Of a stretch of DNA of 64,000 nt, positions 55,794-64,000 are shown piece after piece. The stretch is from Candidatus Latescibacterota bacterium. Lineage in GTDB: Bacteria; Latescibacterota; UBA2968; UBA8231. The stretch lies in contig OZ241867.1 in the NCBI GenBank assembly GCA_965203175.1, positions 4,384,001 to 4,448,000 on the forward strand, in the 5' to 3' direction. Position numbers and translations under genes: made by a program. A model generated the notes under the pieces. It worked only from the letters and a program-made list of their open reading frames with translations, made no database searches and had not been told where the DNA came from. Every line of letters starts with the position of its first letter. Position 1 is the stretch's first letter.

Positions 55794-58700
55794 ATGATGC
55801 AGAAACTAATTGCCATTTTAGTCGGGCTGACGTTGTCGGCTCCTGCGGTCGCCGAGCCGTTGGTGGAGGGGCAGGTGCGTCTTGCTTCGGGTCAAGCAGC
55901 GGCAGCAGCGCAGATGCTGTTGTTCGATCTGACCGATTTGCGGCGTGGACCGGTCGCGCGGGCGACGACCGATGCGGAGGGCTATTTCGCGCTGGCGTCG
56001 TGGGGCGGTCCTGCGCTGCCGCAGGGGTTTGCGCTGGGGCATAATTATCCGAATCCATTCAATCCTGCGACGATTATTCCGTATCAATTGCCGACTGTTG
56101 CTCAGGTGCGGCTGGAAGTGTTTAATGTGCTGGGGCAGCGGGTTGCGACGCTGGTGAATGAGGAACAGCCGGCGGGTTTTCACGCGGCGGCTTGGGACGC
56201 GACCAATGCGGCTGGGCAGGCGGTGGCCGCTGGGGTGTATATGTATCGGCTGACAGCGGGCGGGGAGCAGCATACGCGGAGGATGGTGCTCATTGATGGG
56301 CAGGCTGGGGGAGCGGCCGGTGCGGCTCCAGCGGCGACGCTCCCGACGGCAGCGGTGGAGCAGAAGTATGGTCTTGCCGTGGTGGGTGCGGGCTTGGCGA
56401 CGTACGTAGATGCGGATTTTCGCGTAGGGACGGTGCCGGTGGACATCGTGGTGGAAACGCTGGATGGTGCGCCACGGGCGAAGGGGCTGAGCGGGGGCAT
56501 TCTGGGCGATGTCAACGATGACGGCCAAGTTGATCTGGCCGACGCGCTGGCAGTGGCGTTGTACATTATTGACCCGTCCATCACGCCGCCGAACAACGGC
56601 GATATCAGTCTGGGCGATGTCAATGCCGACGGCCAGCTTACGACGGCCGACGTGCTGCTGCTTGCGGCGTATAGTGCCAATCCGTCTGATCCGTCGCTGC
56701 CGGCGGGGATTGGGCAGGTGGTGGGTGACGGCGGGAACTTGGCAGCCGGGGCCTTACGACGCTTGACCGACCACTCGGGATGGGACTTTTCTCCCTCGTT
56801 TTCGCCGGATGGTCGCTACATCGCCTTTGATTCCCACCCCGACGATAACCTCGAGATCTACGTGATGGGCTCTGATGGCAGTAATCCACGCCGCCTGACC
56901 GACGACCTGTCCGACGACTTTTCTCCCTCTTGGTCGCCTGATGGCCGCCACATCGCCTTTGTATCCGAGCGCGACGGCAACCTCGAGATTTATGTGATGG
57001 ATTCTGATGGCAGCAATCCGACCCGTCTGACCGACGACCTGTCCGACGACTTTTCTCCCTCTTGGTCGCCTGATGGCCGCCACATCGCCTTTGTATCCGA
57101 GCGCGACGGCAACCTTGAGATTTATGTGATGGATTCTGATGGCAGCAATCCGACCCGTCTGACCGACGACCTGTCCGACGACTTTTCTCCCTCTTGGTCG
57201 CCTGATGGCCGCCACATCGCCTTTGTATCCGAGCGCGACGGCAACCTCGAGATTTATGTGATGGATTCTGATGGCAGCAATCCACGCCGCCTGACCCACC
57301 ACAAAGTATCGGACTTTTCTCCTTCATTTTCGCCGGATGGCCGCCACATCACCTTTGTATCCGAACGAGATGGCAACGAAGAGATATACGTGATGGGTTC
57401 CGACGGCAGCAACCCACGCCGTCTGACTCACCACTCGGCATGGGACGGCTCTCCCTCATTCTCGCCCGATGGTCGCTACATCGTTTTTGATTCTGGGCGC
57501 GACGGCAAAATTTACGCGCTGGAGCTTCGGGAGGAAGGCGGCGAGATTGCTTCTACCGATGGCTTGGATGTCGCCGATTATACAACGTGGCATTTGCCGG
57601 AGGGGGTTCTCGCCCGCTTGGGAAAAGGAACGGCTGATGCGGTGGCGTTCTCGCCCGATGGGCAAGTGCTGGCAGTGGCTGGTGGCATTGGTATTTGGCT
57701 GTACGACGCAGAAACCTACCGTGAACTGGCGCTTCTCACCGAGTCTATGGGTAGGGTTTCTTCCGTATCGTTTTCTCCGGATGGCTCCATGCTGGCGTCT
57801 GGGTCATGGGATAGCACGGTGATCCTTTGGGACGTGGCAAGTCGCAGTCAACTAACTACCCTAGAAGGACATACGGCTCGGGTTTCTTCCGTGTCGTTTT
57901 CTCCGGACGGTTCCATGCTGGCGTCTGGGTCATGGGATAGCACGGTGATCCTTTGGGACGTGGCAAGTCGCAGTCAACTAACTACCCTAGAAGGACATAC
58001 GGCTCGGGTTTCTTCCGTGTCGTTTTCCCCGGATGGCTCCATGCTGGCGTCCGGAGGAAGCCCCGACGTCGTTCTTTGGGATGTATGGAGTAATAGTCAG
58101 CTAGCCACTCTGCAAGGGCATACGTCTGGAGTCGAATCCGTATCGTTTTCCCCGGACGGTTCCATGCTGGCGTCCGGGGCAGGGGACGGTACGGTGATCC
58201 TTTGGGATGTATGGAGCGACAGTCAGTTAGCTACTTTGGAAGGGGATAGCTGGAGGGTTTCTTCCGTGTCGTTTTCCCCGGATGGCTCCGTGCTGGCGTC
58301 CGGGGGAGGCTCCGACATCGTTCTTTGGGACGTATCGAGTCGCAGTCAACTGGCTACCCTGAACGGAGACAGTCCGGTGTCGTTTTCTCCGGATGGTTCC
58401 ATGCTGGTATCCAAGAGTTGGGGCAACGATGTGATCCTTTGGGACGTATCGAGTCGTATCCAACTGGCCACTCTGCAAGGACATAAGGAGACGGTCGAAT
58501 CCGTATCGTTTTCCCCGGACGGCTCTTTGTTGGCAGCCGGAGGGAGGGGTAACATCGTTCTTTGGGACGTATCGAGTCGCAGGCAACTGGCCACCCTGAG
58601 AGCGGGCAGTCTGGTATCGTTTTCTCCGGATGGCTCTTTATTGGCAGCAAGAGGAGGGAGGAGCGTCGTTCTTTGGGACGTATCGAGTCGCAGGCAACTG

Positions 58701-59345
58701 GGCTTCCTGCGAGGAGACGGTCCGGTGTCTTTTTCACCAGACGGTCCGGTGTCTTTTTCCCCGGATGGTTCCATGCTGGTGTCTGGGGGACGGGACAACG
58801 ATGTGATCCTTTGGGACGTATCGAGTCGCAGTCAACTGGCCACCCTGCAAGAGGCTAAGGATAGAGTCTGGTCCGTGTCCTTTTCTCCGGCCGACTCCAT
58901 ACTGGCGTTCGGGAAATTGGACGGCAAGGTAATCCTTTGGGACGTGTCGAGTGGTAGTCCGCTAGCCACCCTACAAGGGCATAAGTCTGTGGTCGAATTC
59001 GTATCGTTTTCTGCGGACGGCACGCTGCTGGCGTCTGGGGGACGGGACGGCAAGATAATCCTTTGGGACGTATCGAGTGGTAGTCAGCTAGCCGTCCTGC
59101 AAGGGCATACGGAGAGGGTCGAATTCGCGTCCTTTTCCCCGGACGGCACGCTGCTGGCGTCCGGGGGATGGGACGCCACGCTAATCTTTTGGGACGTATC
59201 GAGTGGTAGTCAGCTGGCCACCCTGCCTTATACGGGTTGGGTCAGATCCGTGTCCTTTTCCCCGGACGGCACGCTGCTGGCATCCGGGGGCTTGGACGGC
59301 ACGGTCCTGCTCTGGCAACTTGCTTCTATAGTTTCAAGTCAGTAG
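55794..59345 (+). CDS. Secreted multidomain protein, tandem paralog 2: FlgD/CTD-like Ig, dockerin, PD40, WD40
   Basis: Same architecture as paralog 1; N-terminal ~320 aa and the inter-propeller linker are nearly identical to it. Confidence 0.9.
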   Translation: MMQKLIAILVGLTLSAPAVAEPLVEGQVRLASGQAAAAAQMLLFDLTDLRRGPVARATTDAEGYFALASWGGPALPQGFALGHNYPNPFNPATIIPYQLPTVAQVRLEVFNVLGQRVATLVNEEQPAGFHAAAWDATNAAGQAVAAGVYMYRLTAGGEQHTRRMVLIDGQAGGAAGAAPAATLPTAAVEQKYGLAVVGAGLATYVDADFRVGTVPVDIVVETLDGAPRAKGLSGGILGDVNDDGQVDLADALAVALYIIDPSITPPNNGDISLGDVNADGQLTTADVLLLAAYSANPSDPSLPAGIGQVVGDGGNLAAGALRRLTDHSGWDFSPSFSPDGRYIAFDSHPDDNLEIYVMGSDGSNPRRLTDDLSDDFSPSWSPDGRHIAFVSERDGNLEIYVMDSDGSNPTRLTDDLSDDFSPSWSPDGRHIAFVSERDGNLEIYVMDSDGSNPTRLTDDLSDDFSPSWSPDGRHIAFVSERDGNLEIYVMDSDGSNPRRLTHHKVSDFSPSFSPDGRHITFVSERDGNEEIYVMGSDGSNPRRLTHHSAWDGSPSFSPDGRYIVFDSGRDGKIYALELREEGGEIASTDGLDVADYTTWHLPEGVLARLGKGTADAVAFSPDGQVLAVAGGIGIWLYDAETYRELALLTESMGRVSSVSFSPDGSMLASGSWDSTVILWDVASRSQLTTLEGHTARVSSVSFSPDGSMLASGSWDSTVILWDVASRSQLTTLEGHTARVSSVSFSPDGSMLASGGSPDVVLWDVWSNSQLATLQGHTSGVESVSFSPDGSMLASGAGDGTVILWDVWSDSQLATLEGDSWRVSSVSFSPDGSVLASGGGSDIVLWDVSSRSQLATLNGDSPVSFSPDGSMLVSKSWGNDVILWDVSSRIQLATLQGHKETVESVSFSPDGSLLAAGGRGNIVLWDVSSRRQLATLRAGSLVSFSPDGSLLAARGGRSVVLWDVSSRRQLGFLRGDGPVSFSPDGPVSFSPDGSMLVSGGRDNDVILWDVSSRSQLATLQEAKDRVWSVSFSPADSILAFGKLDGKVILWDVSSGSPLATLQGHKSVVEFVSFSADGTLLASGGRDGKIILWDVSSGSQLAVLQGHTERVEFASFSPDGTLLASGGWDATLIFWDVSSGSQLATLPYTGWVRSVSFSPDGTLLASGGLDGTVLLWQLASIVSSQ
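56895..57290 (+). repeat. Three near-identical 132-bp tandem units (PD40 repeats)
   Basis: ctgaccgacgacctgtccgacgac starts at 56895, 57027 and 57159. Confidence 0.93.
57754..58050 (+). repeat. Near-identical 126-bp tandem units (WD40 repeats)
   Basis: gggtttcttccgt starts at 57754, 57880 and 58006; unit RVSSVSFSPDGSMLASGSWDSTVILWDVASRSQLTTLEGHTA occurs twice. Confidence 0.9.
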
Positions 59346-59373
59346 GAAAACGGCGGTGGAATGCTTGCTGCTT

Positions 59374-60501
59374 CTACACGGGGTGGAGGCGGTCGCGGTA
59401 TTGGGCTAGGCGGTCGGCAAGCATGGAGTCGAGCGCGGCGGCCGAATGTGCCAGTCCCGTGCCAATGCCGCGTTGGGCCACGTAGATGAGGAGGCGCACC
59501 AGCCCGTTGGCATCGTCGAGGTGGATGTACTCCGGGGCCAATTGTGCGCCCGGGCCCGAATTGTGATAGTTGCCGAGGGGTAGTGCCACCGCGCCCGTGC
59601 GGTAATCGGCCTGCATAAGCGGGGTAGCTTCGCAAGCACCGCTGTCCATCAGCTTGCGTTGATAGCGGAAAGAGGGCTGTTGGGAGACCAACTCGTCGGC
59701 TAGGGCAGCCAGCCCGCCGCTGATGTCCGGATCGAACACCCAGAGCCGGTCGCCCACCCGCAAGATCGGCCCCGCGCCCAGCACCGCCCCAGCCGCCACG
59801 CTAGAGCACTCGATGTTGATATAGAGGGCGCGGCGCGGCAAGAATCCAGCATCTAACGCGGCAAGCATGCCGACAAACCCCACCTCTTCAGCGCGCGTGA
59901 GCAAGACGCCGAGGCGGACCGAGGCTTGGTGGCGTACCAAGGAATCCAAGACGCACAAAGCCACGGCCGCACCAGCCAAATCGTCAATCGCCCGCCCGCT
60001 CAATCGCCGCCCTTGCACCCTAAAGGCCGGCAAATCCCACATCGCAAAGGTGCCCGGCCCTTGGGGGATGTCGCGTGCTGTGGCCACTTCGAGCAGGGGG
60101 TAGCGCGTCCCTTCTTCTTCTATCGTGCGGACGATAGTGCCGGGAATTCCGCGCTGAGTAGCCGAGCGATTTAGATCGAATATGCGCACGCCTGTCGCTA
60201 GGGCTTGCTCCAACTCGACGCCGCCGAGAATTTCGAATAGTGCGCGGCTTGGCCCCTGCGAGCTTCTCCACACTAAGCCGGGGTGGTCGAGATGGGCGGT
60301 CAAGACGATAAATTCGTCGTCTTCCTGTTGGTCTCCGCCGTCGTAGAGCAGCAAACTGTTGCCGCAGCGGTCTTGGAGCACTTGGATTAGAGGCCGCTTG
60401 GCCGCAAATGAGCGTGCGATGTCGAGGGCAAAATGCTCGTGGAAAGGGGCTGTGGGGATGCGGATGAGCGGCTTGGCGAACTGGAGAAAGTCGAATTCCA
60501 T
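59374..60501 (-). CDS. M20/M28/M42 clan MH metallopeptidase
   Basis: AHLDHP, AIDDLAG, RAEEVG, NIECS and NYHN motifs; start reassigned to ATG 60501. Confidence 0.82.
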   Translation of the reverse strand: MEFDFLQFAKPLIRIPTAPFHEHFALDIARSFAAKRPLIQVLQDRCGNSLLLYDGGDQQEDDEFIVLTAHLDHPGLVWRSSQGPSRALFEILGGVELEQALATGVRIFDLNRSATQRGIPGTIVRTIEEEGTRYPLLEVATARDIPQGPGTFAMWDLPAFRVQGRRLSGRAIDDLAGAAVALCVLDSLVRHQASVRLGVLLTRAEEVGFVGMLAALDAGFLPRRALYINIECSSVAAGAVLGAGPILRVGDRLWVFDPDISGGLAALADELVSQQPSFRYQRKLMDSGACEATPLMQADYRTGAVALPLGNYHNSGPGAQLAPEYIHLDDANGLVRLLIYVAQRGIGTGLAHSAAALDSMLADRLAQYRDRLHPV

Positions 60502-60609
60502 GACGCGAAAGAAAAAATCCCAAAATACCGATGCCGTCAAATCGCGTTGTCCCAATTAGTTAAGCTGCTTATTATACAAGCCTATCGCGATACAGCAGGG
60601 GGATCCAAC

Positions 60610-62766
60610 TTGCTAAGACGCTTGCCTACTCACTACCTGCACCACCTCGCTGGGCGCGATCAAGCCCTTCTTGCGCCGCCAGGTACCCAGCAGCTAACCA
60701 TGCGTGCGTTTTGGGTGGGATCGTTCCTCAGCTTTTTTCTAGCCGTAGGTGCTCCGTACGGCAACATGATCATACGCGGCTCCTACATGGCCTTGGACTT
60801 CAGTACACCAGGGGCCATTTTTTTGTTTCTAGTGCTCATCGGGCTGCTCAATGTGCTGTTCAAGGTTGCCGCTAGTCCAGCGGGCGCAGCAGTGTGGGCC
60901 TTGGTTTCGTGTGTGCTCTACGGTTTCTACTATGGTTGGGTGGCCCCCCTAGACCCCTTTGCCCCCGGTTTTTTCTTCGCCACCTTCATCGTCGCCTCAT
61001 CCCTGATCAATATGTTATTGGTCTCTTTTGGGCGGAGTTTGGTCCTCAACCGGGCTGAGCTGATTCTCGTTTACGTCATGTTGTTGATCGTCTCGGCTCT
61101 TTGCACCATGGGCCTGAGCGAACAAATTCTGCCGATGATCACGGCGGTGTTTTACTTTGCCTCGCCGGAAAACAAGTGGCAGGAAATACTCTTCCCCCAT
61201 TTTTCCGCACGAGAAGTCCTAGTCAACGACGGGAGCGACAGCAAGACCTTTTACGAAGGGTTGGCACCCGGGGAAGCGATTCCCTACGCATCGTGGGTAG
61301 AGCCTTTGTGCTGGTGGGCGGTCTTTCTCTTGGCGCTATACGTGACCATGGTGTCGGTCGCGGTTATCATCCGTCGGCAGTGGATGGAGCGCGAGCGATT
61401 GCCCTATCCGATCACGCAGGTGGGTCTGGCGATGGTGAGGGGAGAGGAACGCGGGCTTAAGATCAATACCTTTTTTCGCCAGCCGGCCATGTGGGCTGGT
61501 TTTATGTTGCCGATTTTTTTTGGCAGCTTGCAGGCCCTGCATCGCTACGACCCGGCTTTTCCGGTCTTCCCCCTGACTAAATGGCTACCCTTAGTGGGCG
61601 AGCAGACCTTGCGAGTGACCGTCAGTTTCGCCATAGTCGGTTTTTCGTACTTCATCAATGCCAATATCGCGGCTGGTATCTGGTTCTTTCACCTCTTGGC
61701 CAAGTTTGAAAAGGAGTTCTTCGCGCTCGCTGGTGTGACGTCCGAGCAGAAGGTCACCTTCGGCGTGGCCGATTTTCCCCTGATGGCCTACCAAGGGGTC
61801 GGTGCCTTGCTGGCCATGGTCGGGGTTGGCTTGTGGGTGGGCAGGGAACACTTTGGCAATGTGTGTAAAAAGGCCCTTGGCTTGGCACCGGAGGTGGAGG
61901 ACGAGGATGAGATCATGTCCTATCGCTGGTCTTTTTTCGGTGCTGTGGGTGGGGTCTTGGTCATGTCGTGTTGGCTGTGGGTCATGGGGACGCCGCTGTG
62001 GGTGGCGTTTGTTTTTGTCGTCTTAGCTCTGCTCATCTTCCTAGGGTTGACGCGAATCGTCGCCGAAGCCGGCTTGGCGGCTGTGCGTGCCCCGATGACA
62101 GCACCCGACTTGGTAATCTTGGGGTTGGGGACCGACTTGGTGACGCGGACTGGGGTGTGGAACTTGTCGTTGGCCTATATGTGGGGTGCGGATGTGCGGG
62201 TGTTCGTCATGGCGACCTGCACCAACGCTCTCAAGCTAATCGAGGAGATGGAGCCGAAGCTGCGGCGGCTGGTGTTTTGGGCTATTATTCTCGCGCTCTT
62301 CATCGGAGCGCTCGGTGCGTTTTGGATGATTTTCCACATGGCCTATCAGCACGGCGGCGTGAACCTCAATAGTTGGTTTTTCAAAGGTGCACCTGAAACC
62401 GCGTACAACACCGCGTTCCGCAACATGGAGCCGACGGGCGTACACTGGCCGGGGCTAGGCTTTTTGTCCGGCGGCGCGCTCGCAATGGGAGCGATGATGT
62501 GGGCGCGGCAGCGCCTGCCTTGGTGGCCCGTGCATCCCATCGGCTTTCCCATTGGGGCTAACGGTATGCTCAACTACGTGTGGTTCAGCGTATTCTTGGC
62601 TTGGTTTATCAAGAAGATAATCATGCGCTTCGGTGGAGTAGCCTTGTATCGCCGCAGTCAGATGTTTTTTTTAGGGCTGATCTGCGGGCAGGTTTCGTGC
62701 AATGGAATTTGGTTGGTCATAGATTACTTCACAGGAAAAGTGGGGAACTCCATTTTTTGGGCATGA
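60610..62766 (+). CDS. DUF6785/DUF6784-like polytopic membrane protein (putative peptide transporter)
   Basis: ELILVYVML, YFASPENKW, RRQWMERERLPYP, RIVAEAG, WWPVHPIGF and FFLGLICG motifs; start uncertain (TTG 60610 or ATG 60700). Confidence 0.75.
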   Translation: MLRRLPTHYLHHLAGRDQALLAPPGTQQLTMRAFWVGSFLSFFLAVGAPYGNMIIRGSYMALDFSTPGAIFLFLVLIGLLNVLFKVAASPAGAAVWALVSCVLYGFYYGWVAPLDPFAPGFFFATFIVASSLINMLLVSFGRSLVLNRAELILVYVMLLIVSALCTMGLSEQILPMITAVFYFASPENKWQEILFPHFSAREVLVNDGSDSKTFYEGLAPGEAIPYASWVEPLCWWAVFLLALYVTMVSVAVIIRRQWMERERLPYPITQVGLAMVRGEERGLKINTFFRQPAMWAGFMLPIFFGSLQALHRYDPAFPVFPLTKWLPLVGEQTLRVTVSFAIVGFSYFINANIAAGIWFFHLLAKFEKEFFALAGVTSEQKVTFGVADFPLMAYQGVGALLAMVGVGLWVGREHFGNVCKKALGLAPEVEDEDEIMSYRWSFFGAVGGVLVMSCWLWVMGTPLWVAFVFVVLALLIFLGLTRIVAEAGLAAVRAPMTAPDLVILGLGTDLVTRTGVWNLSLAYMWGADVRVFVMATCTNALKLIEEMEPKLRRLVFWAIILALFIGALGAFWMIFHMAYQHGGVNLNSWFFKGAPETAYNTAFRNMEPTGVHWPGLGFLSGGALAMGAMMWARQRLPWWPVHPIGFPIGANGMLNYVWFSVFLAWFIKKIIMRFGGVALYRRSQMFFLGLICGQVSCNGIWLVIDYFTGKVGNSIFWA

Positions 62767-64000
62767 GGCACTCGGCTTACTACATCATCTGCGCCCTCGT
62801 ACTGACTGCAAACAGCGGTTGGGCACGTGAGGATGGCGTGCGCGAAACCGTCGATTACTTGTCGTCGCTTGGCTCTAGGGTAAGCGGCTATCCCGGGGCG
62901 GCTAAGGCCGCGGATTACGTCGAGCAGCGCTTGCGCGAGATCGGGTTTGCAGAGGTCGCGCGCGAACCCTTCGCGGTCACCGTGCCCATCGATCAAGGGG
63001 GCGAGTTGCTCCTCACAGAGAGCGGGGAGCGCTATGGCCTCTACAGCCTATGGCCGAACTTAGTTCGCACTTCGACTCTGCCTGAATACGAGGGCGAGAT
63101 GATCTATGGTGGGGATGGCGATTGGGAGGAGTACGCGGGCCGCGAACTCGACGGCCGGGTGGTGCTGCTGGAATTCAATAGCTGGAGTCGGTGGCTACAG
63201 GCCGCTTCGCTGGGCGCGCGCGCCATCGTCTTTATCGAGCCGGAGGAGACCACGCACGGTCAAGCCGCGGCCAAGTACTCCACCGCACCGCTGGACATTC
63301 CGCGTTTTTGGATTGCAAGGGAGGCCGGGCTGCGGCTAAAAGAGCGGTTGCTCCAGCAGCCAACTTCCGTAGTGCTCAAGGGGCGGATGGACTGGCAGCG
63401 CGAAACGGCCTGGAATATCTGGGTCCGGCTCCCCGGTACCGATCCAGCGCTGGCCGACGAGACCATTGTCATCGAAAGCTACTACGACGGCATGTCGGTG
63501 GTTCCCGCCTTGGCTCCGGCAGCCGAAGCGACCAGCGGGATTGCTGCGTTGCTGGCGCTGGCTGAGCATCTGGTGCGTCACCCGCCGCGCCGGCCGGTCG
63601 TGCTGGTGGCCACGGGCGCGCATTTCCAAGCTCAGCAGGGGATTGTCCATTTCCTCGAGCGCCACGCCCGCCTCCATCCCTACTACGCCGAGCGGATGGC
63701 AGAGCCGCTCAAGCCCAAGCTCTTTATCTGCATTGACCTGACGAGTCAATCCGACGGGCTGGGGATTTGGAACAATACCTTTAGCTACGATCTCAAGCGA
63801 TTTTTCGTGCCCTTTGGACGGCGTTTTACGGCCTATGCCGAGGAGGAATCCGCTCGGTTGGGGCTGGAGCAGGAACGGCCGTTGGCCAATGGGATTAGCC
63901 CGATTCGCGGCATGGATTGGTCAACCTTTGTGCCGGGTGGGGTCCCGGTCAGTGGGGTGCAGACCCTGACCGCGGGGATTATCTCGCTGTCGTTTGTTAC
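62763..64000 (+). CDS. Large exported M28-peptidase-domain protein (partial; homologs often carry a C-terminal FtsX-like permease)
   Basis: Absent from the ORF track because it runs off the window end. ATG 62763 overlaps the upstream stop. Manual translation gives MRHSAYYIICALVLTANSGWA..GSRVSGYPG..LWPNLVRTS..SYYDGMSVVPALAPAAE..ATGAHFQ. Confidence 0.75.
   Translation, partial: MRHSAYYIICALVLTANSGWAREDGVRETVDYLSSLGSRVSGYPGAAKAADYVEQRLREIGFAEVAREPFAVTVPIDQGGELLLTESGERYGLYSLWPNLVRTSTLPEYEGEMIYGGDGDWEEYAGRELDGRVVLLEFNSWSRWLQAASLGARAIVFIEPEETTHGQAAAKYSTAPLDIPRFWIAREAGLRLKERLLQQPTSVVLKGRMDWQRETAWNIWVRLPGTDPALADETIVIESYYDGMSVVPALAPAAEATSGIAALLALAEHLVRHPPRRPVVLVATGAHFQAQQGIVHFLERHARLHPYYAERMAEPLKPKLFICIDLTSQSDGLGIWNNTFSYDLKRFFVPFGRRFTAYAEEESARLGLEQERPLANGISPIRGMDWSTFVPGGVPVSGVQTLTAGIISLSFV

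Noticed and set aside
53190-59300. Regular 126-132-bp repeats as a CRISPR array or diversity-generating retroelement
   Set aside because: They are in-frame PD40/WD40 coding repeats with no unique spacers, no cas or reverse transcriptase gene, and no evident adenine-specific variation.

Overview
GC-rich bacterial chromosomal window. Its gene content (FlgD-Ig/dockerin/PD40/WD40 secreted proteins, a DUF6785-like plus M28-peptidase cluster, a sulfatase) suggests Candidatus Latescibacterota or a similar host-associated lineage; this taxonomy is inference. About 45 CDSs are mostly housekeeping or metabolic (msrAB, korAB, hemE, mocA/xdhC, E2, ftsH, gdhA). Accessory segments are interspersed: (i) a single-gene islet at the 3' end of tRNA-Asn, bounded by ~67-bp direct repeats and lacking an integrase; (ii) a defence island with an MmeI-family RM enzyme, an Mrr-like nuclease fused in frame to a DUF433 antitoxin, and a DUF5615 PIN toxin; (iii) a degenerate UvrA paralog; (iv) a GRDP/DUF1399-like gene paired with a protein ending in a (CSS)4-CGG tail; (v) a ~230-bp non-autonomous IS200/IS605 (TnpB) remnant whose right end abuts a duplicated ~68-bp promoter bracketing a TonB-receptor/DUF4249 cassette; (vi) two tandem ~1180-aa repeat proteins with recent internal repeat expansion. 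All family calls are by-eye motif recognition; no searches were run.
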